Source: Chiloscyllium plagiosum
Taxonomy: Eukaryota
Length of the DNA: 64,000 nt
Direction of reading: 5' to 3'
NCBI RefSeq assembly: GCF_004010195.1
Contig: NC_057711.1
Span: 73,422,736 to 73,486,735 of the forward strand
Part shown: positions 35,004 to 47,230 of the stretch, piece by piece
How the letters are laid out: each line of letters opens with the position of its first letter
How positions within the stretch are numbered: position 1 is the stretch's first letter
Program-made: the position numbers and the translations under genes
The notes under the pieces: model-generated
Seen by the model: only the letters and a program-made list of their open reading frames with translations
Databases searched by the model: none
What the model was told of the DNA's origin: nothing

Positions 35004-35132
35004 TAGCGAGTTTTGAGAAGATTTGTAGCTCAGGTTCAGGTTCTGGATGTAGGTTTGCTCGCTGAGCTGGAAGGTTCATTTCCAGACGTTTCATCACCCT
35101 ACTAGGTAACATCTTCAGTAGGCCTTCGGGCG
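35004..35132 (-). mobile_element. solo pLTR of Poseidon-type PLE (family C) with well-formed HHR
   Basis: Minus strand: gaagg-ccta-CTGAAGA-t-gttacc/tagtag/ggtgat-GAAAC-GTC-tgg-aaatgaa-ccttc (stem I with distal gaagg/ccttc helix); tail gagctacaaatcttctcaaaactcgc resembles 31820-31850. Confidence 0.85.
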
Positions 35133-35449
35133 GAGCTTTCAGAAAAGTCTCAGAAAGCCAAACAGGATCTTCTATCCAGCCCACCTCAGCACTGACTTGA
35201 TCATGATCCTGCTTCACACCTCAAAGCTACTTATTAAGACATGTCATTGACCTCCTTGTGAAGCTTCCATGTCACACTGTGTCAGAGCAGAACATGCTGT
35301 TTTATAGTGCTTGACGTGAGGGCTTAGGAATACTATTACTGAAATGCAGCTGTACTGCGATTGTACCAGCCTGGAGTACAGGATTCAGTGACTGGTTTTA
35401 CTTCAATGTCTTCCAATTTCCTTCAACACCTCTTCAGTTCTTTGTTAGT

Positions 35450-36305
35450 CATGGAGTCATAGAACATTGCCCTTCATCCAAACATGTTAATGTCAACCAG
35501 CAAACACCAAACTACATCTACCCACCGTTGGTCCATAGCCTACTATGCCCTAGCATTTTAAGTGCTAACCCAGATGCTTCTTAAATGTTGCAAGAGTACT
35601 TGCCTTCACCACTGTCTCAGACAGTGCATTCCATATTTCTACTACTCTGTGGGTGAAAAATTAGATCTCCTCTAAGTCACTTTACTCTTCACTTTAAATT
35701 GATGCCCTCTGGTCTTAGACATGTCTGACACGGGAAAGGGATTCATATGATTTACTCTGTCTATGCCTCTCATAATTTTGTCTACCTCAATCAGATCCTT
35801 CCTCTCATCCCCACTGCCCACTCCCACCCGCCGCCACCATGCCCCAACTGTCAGCCCACTCAGCCTTCTCTACTCCAAGGAAAACAAACCCAGTCTATAC
35901 AGTCTCTCTTCATAATTGAGAATTTTCATCCCAGTAAATTCCAGGTGAATTTCCTCTGCACTCTCTCCAGTGCAATCACGTCATTCTGACAGTGTGGCAA
36001 CAGAACTGCAGACAATTTCCATCTGTGGCCTAACCAATATTTTATGCAGTTGTGGCAAAACTTCCTTGTTCTTATATTCTATGCCCTGGCTAATGAAGGC
36101 AAGTATCTATTTGCATTTTCATCATCCTGTATTCTTGTGCTGAAACCTTCAGGAATCTGTGGACTTGTACATCAAGGTCCCTTTGTTTCTCAGTCCATCC
36201 TAAGGCCTTACCATGCATTATATATATCCTTCCCAAAATACATTACCTCGCACTTATCAGAATTAAATTCTATCTGGCATTGCTCGGCCCAATTTATCAA
36301 CTGTT
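35450..36305 (-). mobile_element. old CR1-type LINE, 3' part (continues at 38601-38720 and 40364-41225)
   Basis: Reverse of the CR1 ORF2 C-terminus and 3'UTR; colinear continuation (KCADDTKIG, then VYHRDHCWDP/YMDFSK region) after two insertions. Confidence 0.8.
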
Positions 36306-38600
36306 AAGGGTTTAGATGGAGAGGAATTTGTTAAGTGTGTACAAGAAAATTTTCTGATTCAGTATGTGGATGTAGCTACTAGAGAAGATGCAAAACTTGA
36401 CTTACTCTTGGGAAATAAGGCAGTGCAGGTTACTGGGGTATCAGTGGGGGAGCACTTTAAGGCCAACGACTATAATTCTATTAGTTTTAAAATAGTGATG
36501 GAAGAGGATAGACAGGATCTAAAAGTTGAAGTTCTAAATAGGAGAAAAGCTAATTTTGACAATATTAGGCAAGAACTTTCAAAAGCTGATTGGGGACTGA
36601 TGTTTGCAGGTAAAGGGACAGCTGGAAAATGGGAAACCTTCAGAAATGAGATAACAAGAGTCCAGAGACAGTATATTCCTGTTAAGGTGAAAGGAAAGGC
36701 TGATAGGTGTAGCAAATGCTGGAGGACTAAATCAGGAGGGCAAAACGGGGACATGAGGTAGCTTTGACAAATAGAGTTAAGGAGAATCCAACGGGTTTTT
36801 ACAAATATATTAAGGACAAAAGGGTAACTAGGGAGAGAATAGGGCCCCTCAAAGATCAGCAAGGTAGCCTTTGTGTGGAGCTGCAGGAGATGGAGGGGAT
36901 ACTAAACGAGTATTTTGCATCAGTGTTTACTGTGGACAAGGACATGGAAGATATAGAATGTAGGGAAATAGATGGTGACAACTTGAAAAATGTCTATATT
37001 ACAGAGGAGGAAGTGCTGGTGGTCTTGAAATACATAAAAGTGGATAAATCCCCAGGACCTGAATAGGTGTCCCCTAGACCTCTGTGGGAAGCTAAGGAAG
37101 TGATTACTGGGTCCCTTGATGAGGTATTTGTATCATTGATAGTCACAGGTGAGGTGTAAGAAGACTGGAGGTTGGCAAATGTGGTGCCACTATTTAAGAA
37201 AGGTGGCAAGGACAAGCCAGGGAACAATAGACCAGTGAACCTGACATTGGTGGTGGGAAAGTTGTTGGAGGGAAGCCTGAGGGACAGGATGTACATGTAT
37301 TTGGAAAGGCATGGACTGATTAGGGATAGTTAACATGGCTTTGTGCGTGGGAAATCATGTCTCACAAACTTGATTGAGTTTTTTGAAGAAGTAACATGGA
37401 GGATTGATGAGGAAAGAGTGGTAGACGTGATCTATATGGATTTCAGTAAGGCATTCAACAAGGTTCCCCATGGGAGTCTGGTTAGCAAGGTTAGATCTCA
37501 TGGAATACAGGGAAACTTGGATACAGAACTGACTCAAAGGTAGAAGACAGAGGGTGGTGGTGGAGGGTTGCTTTTCAAACTGGAGGCTTGTGACCAGAGG
37601 AGTGCTACAGTGATCGGTGCTGGGTCCACTACTTTTCATCATTTACATAAATGATTTGGAGGTGAGCATAGGAGGTATAGTTAGTTAAGTTTGCGGATGA
37701 CACCAAAATTGGAGGTGTAGTGGACAGCGAAGAAGGGTACCTCAGATTACAACAGGATCTTGATCAGATCAGATGGGCCAATGGGCTCAGGAGTGGCAAA
37801 TGGAGTTTAATTTAGACAAATGCAAGTTGCTGCATTTTGGGAAAGCAAATCTTAGCAGGACTTATACACTTAATGGCAAGGGCTTGGGAATGTTGCTGAA
37901 CAAAGAGACCTTGGAGTGCGAGTTCATAGCTCCTTGAAAGTAGAATCGCAGGTAGATGGGTTAGTGAGGAAGACGTTTGGTATACTTTCCTTTATTGGTC
38001 AGGGTATTGACTACAGGAGTTGGGAGGTCATATTGTGGCTGTACAGGACATTGGTTAGGACAATTTTGAATATTTTGTGCAATTCTGGTCTCCTTCCTAT
38101 TAGAAGGCTGTTGTGAAACTTTGAAGGGTTCAGAAAAGATTTACAAGAGTGTTGGCCAGGGTTGGAGAATTTGTATAATACGGAGAGTTTAAATAGGCTG
38201 GGGCTGTTTTCCCTGGAGCGTCAGAAGCTGAGGGATGACCTTATAGAGGTTTATTAGATCATGAGTGGCATGGATAGGATAAATAGACAAAGTCTTTTCC
38301 CTGGTGTGGGGGAGTCCAGAACCAGAGGGCATAGATTTAGGGTTAGGGGGAAAGATATAAAAGAGACCTAAGGGGCAACTTTTTAATACAGAGGGTGGTA
38401 TGTGTATGGAATGAGCTGCCAGATGAAGTGGTGGAGGCTAGTACAATTGCAACATTTAAAAGGCATCTGGCTGCGTCCATGAATTGGAAGGGTTTGGAGG
38501 ATATGGGCTGGGTGCTGGCAGGTGGGACTAGATATCTGGTCAACATGGGCGAGTTGGACCAAAGGGTCTGTTTCCATGCTGTATATCTCTATGACACTCT
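36306..38600 (+). mobile_element. CR1/HER1-type LINE, 2.3 kb, late EN to 3' end
   Basis: ATREDAKLDLLLGN...GEHF..NDYN; KENPTGFYKYIKDK; DKSPGP; GKSCLTNLIEFFEEVT...YMDFSKAFNKVPHG; FADDTK; multiple stops and frameshifts. Confidence 0.95.
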
Positions 38601-38720
38601 GCATCTATGTAGCCTGACCCCATCTCCTCACCATCAACAGCATCACCAATTTTTGTGTCATCTGCACACTTACTAATTACGCCTTGTGCATTCGCATCCA
38701 AGTTGTTAATATATATAACA

Positions 38721-40363
38721 TAGAACATACAACATAGAACAATACAGAGCAGAACAGGCCCTTTGGCCCTCAATGTTGTGCAGACCTGTGAAATAATCTT
38801 AAGCTCATCCTTTTACACTATCCAATCATCATCCATATGTTTATCCAAGGACTGTTTAAATGCCCCTAATGTGGCTGAGTTAACTACATTGGCAGGGTTA
38901 GCATGGTACTGGAAAACCACAGCAGGTCAGGAAGCATCTGAGGAGCAGGAAAATCGATGTTTCAGGCAAAAGGCCTTTATCAGATGTGCTTTTCCAGCAC
39001 CACTCTAATCTTGATTCTAATCTCCAGCATCTGCAGTACCCATTTCTGCCTAACTACATTGGCAGACAGGGCATTCCACACCCTTACCACTCTCTGAGTA
39101 AAGAACCTGCCTCAGGCAACTGTCTTAAATCTATCACCCTTCAATTAGCAGCTATACCCCTTCATACTTGAGTGAAAACAAATGAGAAATATTCATTTAG
39201 CACCTCTCCGATCTCAACAGGGTCCACACACAACTTCCTACTTCTGTCATTGACTGGCCCTAGTCATCCTTTTATTCCTCACATATCTATAGAAAGCTTC
39301 AGGGTTCTCCTTTATTCTATCTGCTAAAGACTGCTGATGTCCCCTCTTTGTTCTTCTTAACTCTCTCTTTAAATCCTTCCTATCCGATCTCTCACCATTG
39401 CCTCATCTGAACCATCTCAATGTCACATAAGCCTCCCTCTTCCACTTAACAAGAGATACAATTCCTTTAGTAAACTATGGTTCCCTTACCTTATCACTTC
39501 CTCCCTGCCTGACATGGACATACCTATCAAGGACACGCAATATCTGTTCTTTAAACCAGCTCCACATTTCAATTGTCCCCATCCCCTGCATTTTGCTATC
39601 CCATTCTATGCCTCCTAAGTCTTGCCTAATTGCATTATAATTGCCCTTGCTCCATCTATAACTCTTGCCATGTGGCATGTATCTATCCCTTTCCATTGCT
39701 AAACTAAATGTAACTGAATTATGGTCACTCTTTCCAAAGTGCTCACCTACCACTAAATCAAACACCAGACCTGGTTCATCACCAAGTACCAGATCCAGTG
39801 TGGCCTCCCCTCTTGTCGGCCCTTCAACATAGTGTGTCAGGAAACCCTCCTGCACACATTGGACAAAAACTGATCCATTTGACGTGCTAGAGTTATAGCA
39901 TTTGCAGTCAATGTTGGGGAAGTTAAAGTCCCCCAGAATGACCATCCTGTTCCTTTCACTCCTGCCCAGAATCATTTTGCCAATCCTCTCCTCCACATCC
40001 CTGGAACTTTGCAGAGGCCTATAAAAAACTCCCAGCAGTGTGACCTCTCGTCTCCTGTTTCTAACCTGAGCCCATACGACCTCAGTAGATGAGTCCTCAT
40101 CAAAAGTCCTTTTAGCCACCATTATAATGTCCTTGACTAACAAAGCCACACTTCCCCCTCTTTTACCGCCTCCCCTGATCTTAATGAAAGATCTAAACCC
40201 TGGAACCTGCAACATCCATTCCTGACCCTGCTCTATCCGTGTCTCTGAAATGCCACAACATCGAAGTCCCAGGTACCTATCCATCTGCAAACTCACCTAC
40301 CTTATTCCGGATACTCCTGGTGCTGAAATAGATACACTTCAAACCAGTTTGCTGTCTGCCAGC
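38721..40363 (-). mobile_element. CR1-type LINE with EN domain joined to the 3' end (RT deleted)
   Basis: ORF 39475-40296 is an APE endonuclease (ISET, GGGKRGGSVALLVK, GVFYRP, ILGDFNFPNID, PTRGEATLDLVL, SDHNSVTF). 38721-39170 is a CR1 3' end with (atgttct)n tail; taaca flanks both ends. Confidence 0.9.
38896..39050. mobile_element. 155-bp fold-back PLE remnant (family B) with 15-bp TSD
   Basis: Inverted pLTR piece (cagcaggtcaggaagcatctgaggagcaggaaaatcgatgtttcaggcaaaaggcctttatcag) plus sense tail (ttccagcaccactctaatc...ccagcatctgcagt); taactacattggcag at 38881-38895 and 39051-39065. Confidence 0.85.
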
Positions 40364-41225
40364 TAACAAACAGCAAGGGTCCCAGCAGTGATCCCTGTGG
40401 TACACTGCTGGTCACAAGCTTCCAATTACAGAACAACCCTCCACCATCACTTTTTGCATCCTATTTGCAAGCCAATTTTGGATCCAGTTTGCCAACTTGC
40501 TGAGGATCCCATGGGCTCTTACCTTTTGGACCAGCCTTCCATTTGGGGCCTTGTAAAAGCCTTACTGAAGTCCATGTAAACCACCTCAACTGCATCAATA
40601 TATTTAGTCACCTCTTCAAAAAGCTTGATTAAATTAGTCAGAACAGGATTTCTCTCTACCAGATCAATGCTGACAATCCCTGATTAATTTTTGTCTTTCC
40701 AAGTATTGATTAATCCCATCCTTCAGAACTTTTTCCCAATAATTTCCCTACCACTGACACCAGACTAACTGGTCTATAAATACCTAGGCTATCCCTGTAG
40801 CCATTCTTGAACAAAGGAACCACATTAGCTGTTGTCCAATGATCTGGCACTTCATGTGACCAGAGAAATATTAAATATATCTGCCAGAGACCCCCCCTTG
40901 CCTCCTCCCCTGCCTCCAATAGCACCTTGTGATGCAGCTCATGAGGTCTTGAGATTTATGCACCTCTATGTTCGCAAAGACATTTAATACCACCTCTTTA
41001 TTAATCTTAACATATTCTGGAACGTCACCAACCCAACTGAAATCTCAAGCTATTATGTCTTTTGTATCTGTGAATACAACTGAGAAATATTCATTTAAGA
41101 CCTCATCCACGTCCATTGGCTACATGTGCAGGTTGCCTTTCAGAATCTAATAGGTCCCACTTTTTTTTGGCAGTCCTCTTACTCTTAATATGCTTATAAA
41201 AGGCTTTGAGTTTTACATTGATCCT
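40364..41225 (-). mobile_element. old CR1-type LINE, RT N-terminal part (continuation of the 35450 element)
   Basis: VPDHWTTANVVPLFKNG...YRPVSLVSVVGKLL (ORF 40710-40925); YMDFSK. Confidence 0.85.
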
Positions 41226-42964
41226 TGTTGATGACTCAAGGCTATATGCACTAAAGTTCACTCTTTCAGTTACTGGTTGAGAATTGACCCTTTGTGTAGT
41301 CTGGAAGGCTTTCTTTTTCCTGCCTTTGATGGTGTACGGAGAAAGGAGTTTACTAGAAATGTTAGGTGAGAACAGCTAGCAGAAGCTGGATTTACTGGTA
41401 CATTTCACACACAGAGGGTGAAGAGTTATATCTTGATGCTTTTCCTTCAGAAATTAGGTTCCCATTTGCTGCATTTACCTACACTAAATACTAGAATCCA
41501 TCTCAGAGGCCAATTCCAAAGGTGTTATTATTGGTGTTCTCTTCAGTTACCACAATTGGTCATTGGGAAAGCCAATCAATTGGTGTCGCTGGGTGGACTC
41601 ACCCTTTACACAAAGATGTGAAGGCAATTTATCTGGCTGTGATGTCCCTCAAACTGAATCATTAGTCTGAACTTTCAGCTGGCCAGATAGTAGTTATTCC
41701 AGTGTAGATGTGAGTTGAGAATGGATACTCTGTGGAATCCTCTTTATAGCACAGGCCAAAGGAAATTTGCTGGAGCAACTGAAAATTCCACTGAATAATT
41801 CCTCTGTACCTCCAAAAGACTCCATTTAAATCAAATAATTTGGTGGGTTCCAATGAAATTAAGTAAAATAGTTCCTCTGGAAAAATTATATCACTAAATA
41901 CATAATCAAATTCCTGAGTAAATATTTAACAAATATACTCACACCCACCAAGTATACATTCCCCATCCTTAAACCCTCCAGACCATGACTTATGCATCAA
42001 AATTGCCACTCCTTGGAAAATCTGACCCATTGTTTTTCATTCACCTGTTAACTTCACTTATTTGCAATCTGCAACCAGTTCCATTAAACATGATTTTTAT
42101 ATCTGCAGCAACTTCCACATTGTCTAGTCAAAAGTAAATATAAAATGATGTAGTCTTTCTAACAATATGTGTTGAATTGTTTAAAGTTAAATGAAATGGC
42201 CACCTAGTAGTGAGTGATGTTTAAGTCTCAAGAGTGAGCATTTAACTCTGGAGACTAACTAGTCCATACATCCAGTGTACTGCACAGGTCTATTAATGAA
42301 CTCACTCTATTTGACAACTGCAAGTTTGGCTGGAGAACAGGCATTTGTGTCACAGAGGAAAAATGGGTTAAGATAAATGGATATCCGGCAAAATGGAACA
42401 TTCTCACAAAGAAGTATATCATGGCTGTTCTGCACAAGTCGGGGCGATTGTGCCAGTTGTTAAAAGGTTCAGATTTAGGTGAAGGAAAAATATTCAAAAG
42501 GTTTGAAACTTAAGATGTTAACAAAATAGTAACACTTTTTTTTTCGCAATATATGATATAGTGCCAACTTTGAAACTGATTTTAGTGCAAATAGCTAACA
42601 GTGACTGGTCTTTGGCTAATTGAATTAACTGTTCGATTTTTAAAATGTTTTAAAATATTTTAAATGGTAGGGCATATATATGTTGTTTTTTGATCATTTT
42701 GTCTTCTGCTCAATGTTCTTATCTATCAACATTGGACAATTTTTTTTACTTGTTTTATTAATTTGTCCTTCCACTTTTAAAGGAATGTGCAACTAAATTG
42801 TTATGAAGTTTCTCAATTCTTCCTCCTAAAATCTCCCTCTTAAACTGCTTCAAATTCTGTAGACAATAATCTGCCTAATCTAAACCCTTATGTCCTCCTA
42901 AAATCACACTCCTCTACTCAGTTAAGGACTCTCCTTATTTTTTGTTACTTGTATAGCTTAATAT

Positions 42965-43500
42965 GAATTTACAGACAAAGAATATAAATAGGCCATTCAG
43001 CCCATCAAATCTGCTTGACCATTCAATAGATCATAGCTAATTTGATGATAACATTAAATCCCTGATAACCTTTCACCTTTTCCTTAACAAGAATCTATCT
43101 ACCTTTGCCTTAAAATTATTCAAGAATTCTGGTTCCATTCACCTTTCAAGAAGAAAGTTCCAAAGATTTACCACCTTCAGGGAGAGAGAATAAAGCTCCT
43201 TTAAAATGGTGACCTCTGTGTTTTTAAAGTGACCTTTAGTTTTAGGTTCTCCAATTACAGAAAATATCTTTTCTGCATCCATCCTGTCAAGAACCCTGTG
43301 GACCTTTCAATCAAGTTACCTTACTCTTCAAAACTCCAGTGGTTACAGAATTACTTTGTGCAATCTTTCCTCAGAAGATAACCCATTCATTCAAGATATT
43401 AGACTGGTGATGGCTTCCAATGGATTTACATTCTAAGGTAGCCAATAAGTTGACCAAAAATATGTCCCAATACCAAAGTCCATAGGATTTATGTAAATTA
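42965..43500 (-). mobile_element. decayed CR1-type LINE 3' fragment
   Basis: aataggccattcagcccatcaaatctgct...ccattcaata (reverse CR1 3'UTR) and ctcttcaaaactccag (reverse LEF*R). Confidence 0.7.
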
Positions 43501-44699
43501 GAAAGATTAATGGTCCAACAATGCCTTTGAGGGGACATTATTACTCGCATCTTTCCAGGTGATCAACAATGAGGTTTGGCTGCAAAATGTGACTCCTTTC
43601 CAATGCTGTTTTTGGCATTACAGTAGCATGGAAGGGTTAAAAATGGCTTTAGCTTCACTTCTGTCCACTTGTGATATAGGTCACATCAATTGCCATTTTG
43701 GACTGGGCAATATTGCAGGCATTCACTTCATGTGTCACTCATTCTACTCTCCTAGTATGCTGCATTGTTTGCCCATTCTTCAAGATATTCAACCTCATTT
43801 CTCCATTGCATTCTGGATATTGGCTATGAAAAGTTTGGATGCCACCAGAGCACCTTTTTTCAAAAATTTCACTTGTACGCAATTTAGAAATAGCTTTCCC
43901 AGTGAAGCTTTTTTATTTGGAAAGGGGGAAAGTAACCCATCTCTATCAGATGTAAGCACTTAAGAGTTTCAGAAATGACCAGTTATGTAATTTGTGAAGT
44001 TTCCATTTAGCTTTTGATGCCTCATCTAGACACACTTGGTCTCCAATTTCATGTAGTAGTAAAGTACAAATATGAAATATGAAAATTTTTGCTCGTTTCA
44101 AACCCAATTCCAACCTGTCCACTTGCAATTTTAATAGAAGTTGGAAAGCATGAGTGATTCCCATGACCATATTTCATTTCCTGATTTCTGGCCAGCTATT
44201 GGATCTGCCGCATACATCATGTTGCAGTCTGTCCCTCCCATTTTCTAGACTGGACTTCCCACAATCAGTGACCACACTATCACCATCACCATTGTACTAC
44301 CACAAACTCAGGTGTTAGATCTCTGTTTGCCCCTAGCCACCTATTATATTGGTCTCTGTGTACCAGTCACTGGTGGCTTGTGATTGAGTTAGTACGCTGT
44401 CATCAATCCATCTTTTATGTGAGTCTAAAGGTCTGTTTGATTATCAATGGGAGAGGATAAATCACTCGAGAATCTTAACAAGAAGAGGTATGTGTCATAC
44501 ACAACTAGGTATGATTTATTGTCTGATAACAATTGTGCAATTCTTCCAGAATGTACTCTCATTTGACTTGGAAGATTGGGAGTTATTTGGCTTAAGGACT
44601 GTTGACCCTGATTCTGATCTCCTATGAATATTTTATCCCTCAATGTCCTTTTTGGGAGGTGTTGTTCCTGTGAACTCCAGTTGTTGGACCTTTACATTA

Positions 44700-47230
44700 A
44701 AGAATCTATTATAAAAATATGTAATTGGAAAGCACTTAGAAACAATAAAATTCATCAGAGTCAACATGGCTTCATGATGAGGAAATCATGCCTGACAAAT
44801 TTAATACAATTCTTTGAGCAGGTAAAAGGTCAGAAAGATAAGGGGAACCAATAGGTATAAAATATTGGATTTACAAAAAAAACATCTGTTAAGGTACTTC
44901 ACCCAACTACTTAAGATCCCATGGCTTGGGGCGGGGGTGTGTATTCATGTGGATAAAGGATTGCCTAACTAATAGAAGATGGAGATTTATGATAAAGGGG
45001 ACATTTTCAGGATAGCAATCTGTAATGAGTAGAGTGTCCCAGAGATCACAAGTATTTACAATTTACATTCGTTACTTGGATGATGAAAGTGAATGTATTA
45101 TCACCAAGTTTCAAGATGGTACAAAAATAAGTGGGAAGGCAAGTAGTGAGGATAACACAAAGATTCTGCAGAGGGATATAGACCATTTAAGTGAATGGGC
45201 AAAAATGTGGCAGATGGAATATAATGTGGGAAAATGTGAGTTACGTAATTTGGCATAAAGAATAGAGGAGCTGAACACTATTTAAATGGGGATGAACTGC
45301 TGAAAGCTGCAGTACAGAGAATCTTGGGGGTTCTCATGCTTAATCTTAAAAAGTTGGTGTCTGAGCTCCGAACGTAATAGAACGTTGTTCTTTATTTCAA
45401 AAGGAACAACATTTAAAATTTGGGACATCGTGCTAAAACTATACAAGGCACTTGTTAGACCACACCTGGAATACTATGGACAGTTTTGGTCTCCTTGTTT
45501 ATAGCAAGATGTACTAGCATTCGAGGCAGTCACAGGGTCATAGAGATGTACAGCACGGAAACAGACCCTTCGGTACAGCACGTCCATGCCATCCAGATAT
45601 CCCAACCCAATCTAGTCCCATCTGCAAGTACCTAGCCCATATCCCTCCAAACCATTCCTATTCATATACTCATCCAGATGCTTTTTAAATGTTGTAATTG
45701 CACCAGCCCCCACCACTTCCTCTGGCAGCTCATTCCATACACGCACCATCCTCTGCATGAAAAAGTTGCCCCTGAGGTTACTTTTATATCTTTCCCCTCT
45801 CATCTGAATCAAAAGTTGGCATCTAAGCACTGAAAGTAATTGAATAGAATGTTGTTCTTTATTTCAAAAGGAACATTTAAAAATTGGGACATCTTGCTAA
45901 AAATATACAAGGCACTTGTTAGACCACACCTGGAATACTGTGGACAGTTTTGGTCTCCTTGTTTATTCGCAAGATGTACTAGCATTAGAGGCAGTCATAG
46001 AGATGTACAGCTCAGAAACATAGCCTTCGGTACAGCATGTCCATGCCGACCAGATGTCCCAACCCAATCTAGTCCCACCTGCCAGCACCCAGCCCACATC
46101 CTTCCAAACCCTTCCTATTCATACACTCATCCAGATGCCTCTTAAATGTTGCAATTGTACGAGCCTCCACCACTTCCTCTGGCAGCTCATTCCATACACG
46201 TATCACCCTGTGTGAAAAGGTTATCCCTTAGGTCTCTTCTACATTTTTCCCCTCACACACTAAACCTATGCCCTCTAGATCAGGACTCCCCCACCCCAGG
46301 GAAAAGACTTTGTCTATTTATCCTATCCATGCCCCTCCTGATTTTATAAACCTCTATAAGGTCACCCCACAGCCTCCGACGCTCCAGGGAAAACAGCACC
46401 AGCCTGTTCAGCCTCTCCCTATAGCTCACATCCTCCAAACGTGGCAACATCCTTGTAAATATTTTCTGAACCCTTTCAAGTTTCACAACATCCTTCTGAT
46501 AGGAAAGAGAACAGAACTGCACGCAATATTCCAAAAGTGGCTTAACCAATGTCCCGTACAGCCGCAACATGACTTCCTAACTCCTGTACTCAATACTCTG
46601 ACCAATAAAGGAAAGCATACCAAATGCCTTATTTACTATCCTATCTACCTGCGACTCCACTTTCAAGGAGCTATGAACCTGTACTCCAAGGTCTCTTTGT
46701 TCAGCAACACTCCCTTGATCCTTACCATTAAGTGTATAAGTCCTGCTAAGATTTACTTTTCCAAAATGCAGCACATCTCATTTATCTAAATTAAACTCCA
46801 TGAAACAAATTAAAGTCCAAAGAATGTTCACTGAGTTGATTCTGGGTATGCGGGGATTTCCTTTGAGATATTCACACTTATACTCGCTGGGATTTAGAAG
46901 AAGTGAGAATAAACCTTATTGAAAAATGTAAGATTATTAGGGGACTTAATAAATTAAATGGGATGGAATTGTTTCCCTTGTGTTAAAGTCTAGGACCAGG
47001 GGACATAATCTCAGAGTACACCTTGAGGAGGGGATTTCTTCTCTCAGTGAGGAATGAATTTGTAGAATTCTTTACTACAGCAAGGGTAAGATAGACAGAT
47101 TTTTAATCAATAAAGGAATCAAAGGTTATGGGAATAAGGAAAGTGGGAATATGGATGATCAGATCAGCCACGATCTCATTGAGTAGACTTGATGGGCCGA
47201 ATAGCCCAATGCCTATGTCTTACGGTCTTA
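44700..47230. mobile_element. composite: plus-strand CR1 interrupted by a minus-strand CR1/HER1, with a ~460-bp tandem duplication over the junction
   Basis: Plus: HQSQHGFMMRKSCLTNLIQFFE, KFQDGTK, YKALVRPHLEYC, resuming at ~46810. Minus: ORFs 46280-46570, 46577-46774 and 45612-45830. 45340-45803 is repeated at 45804-46255. Confidence 0.9.
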
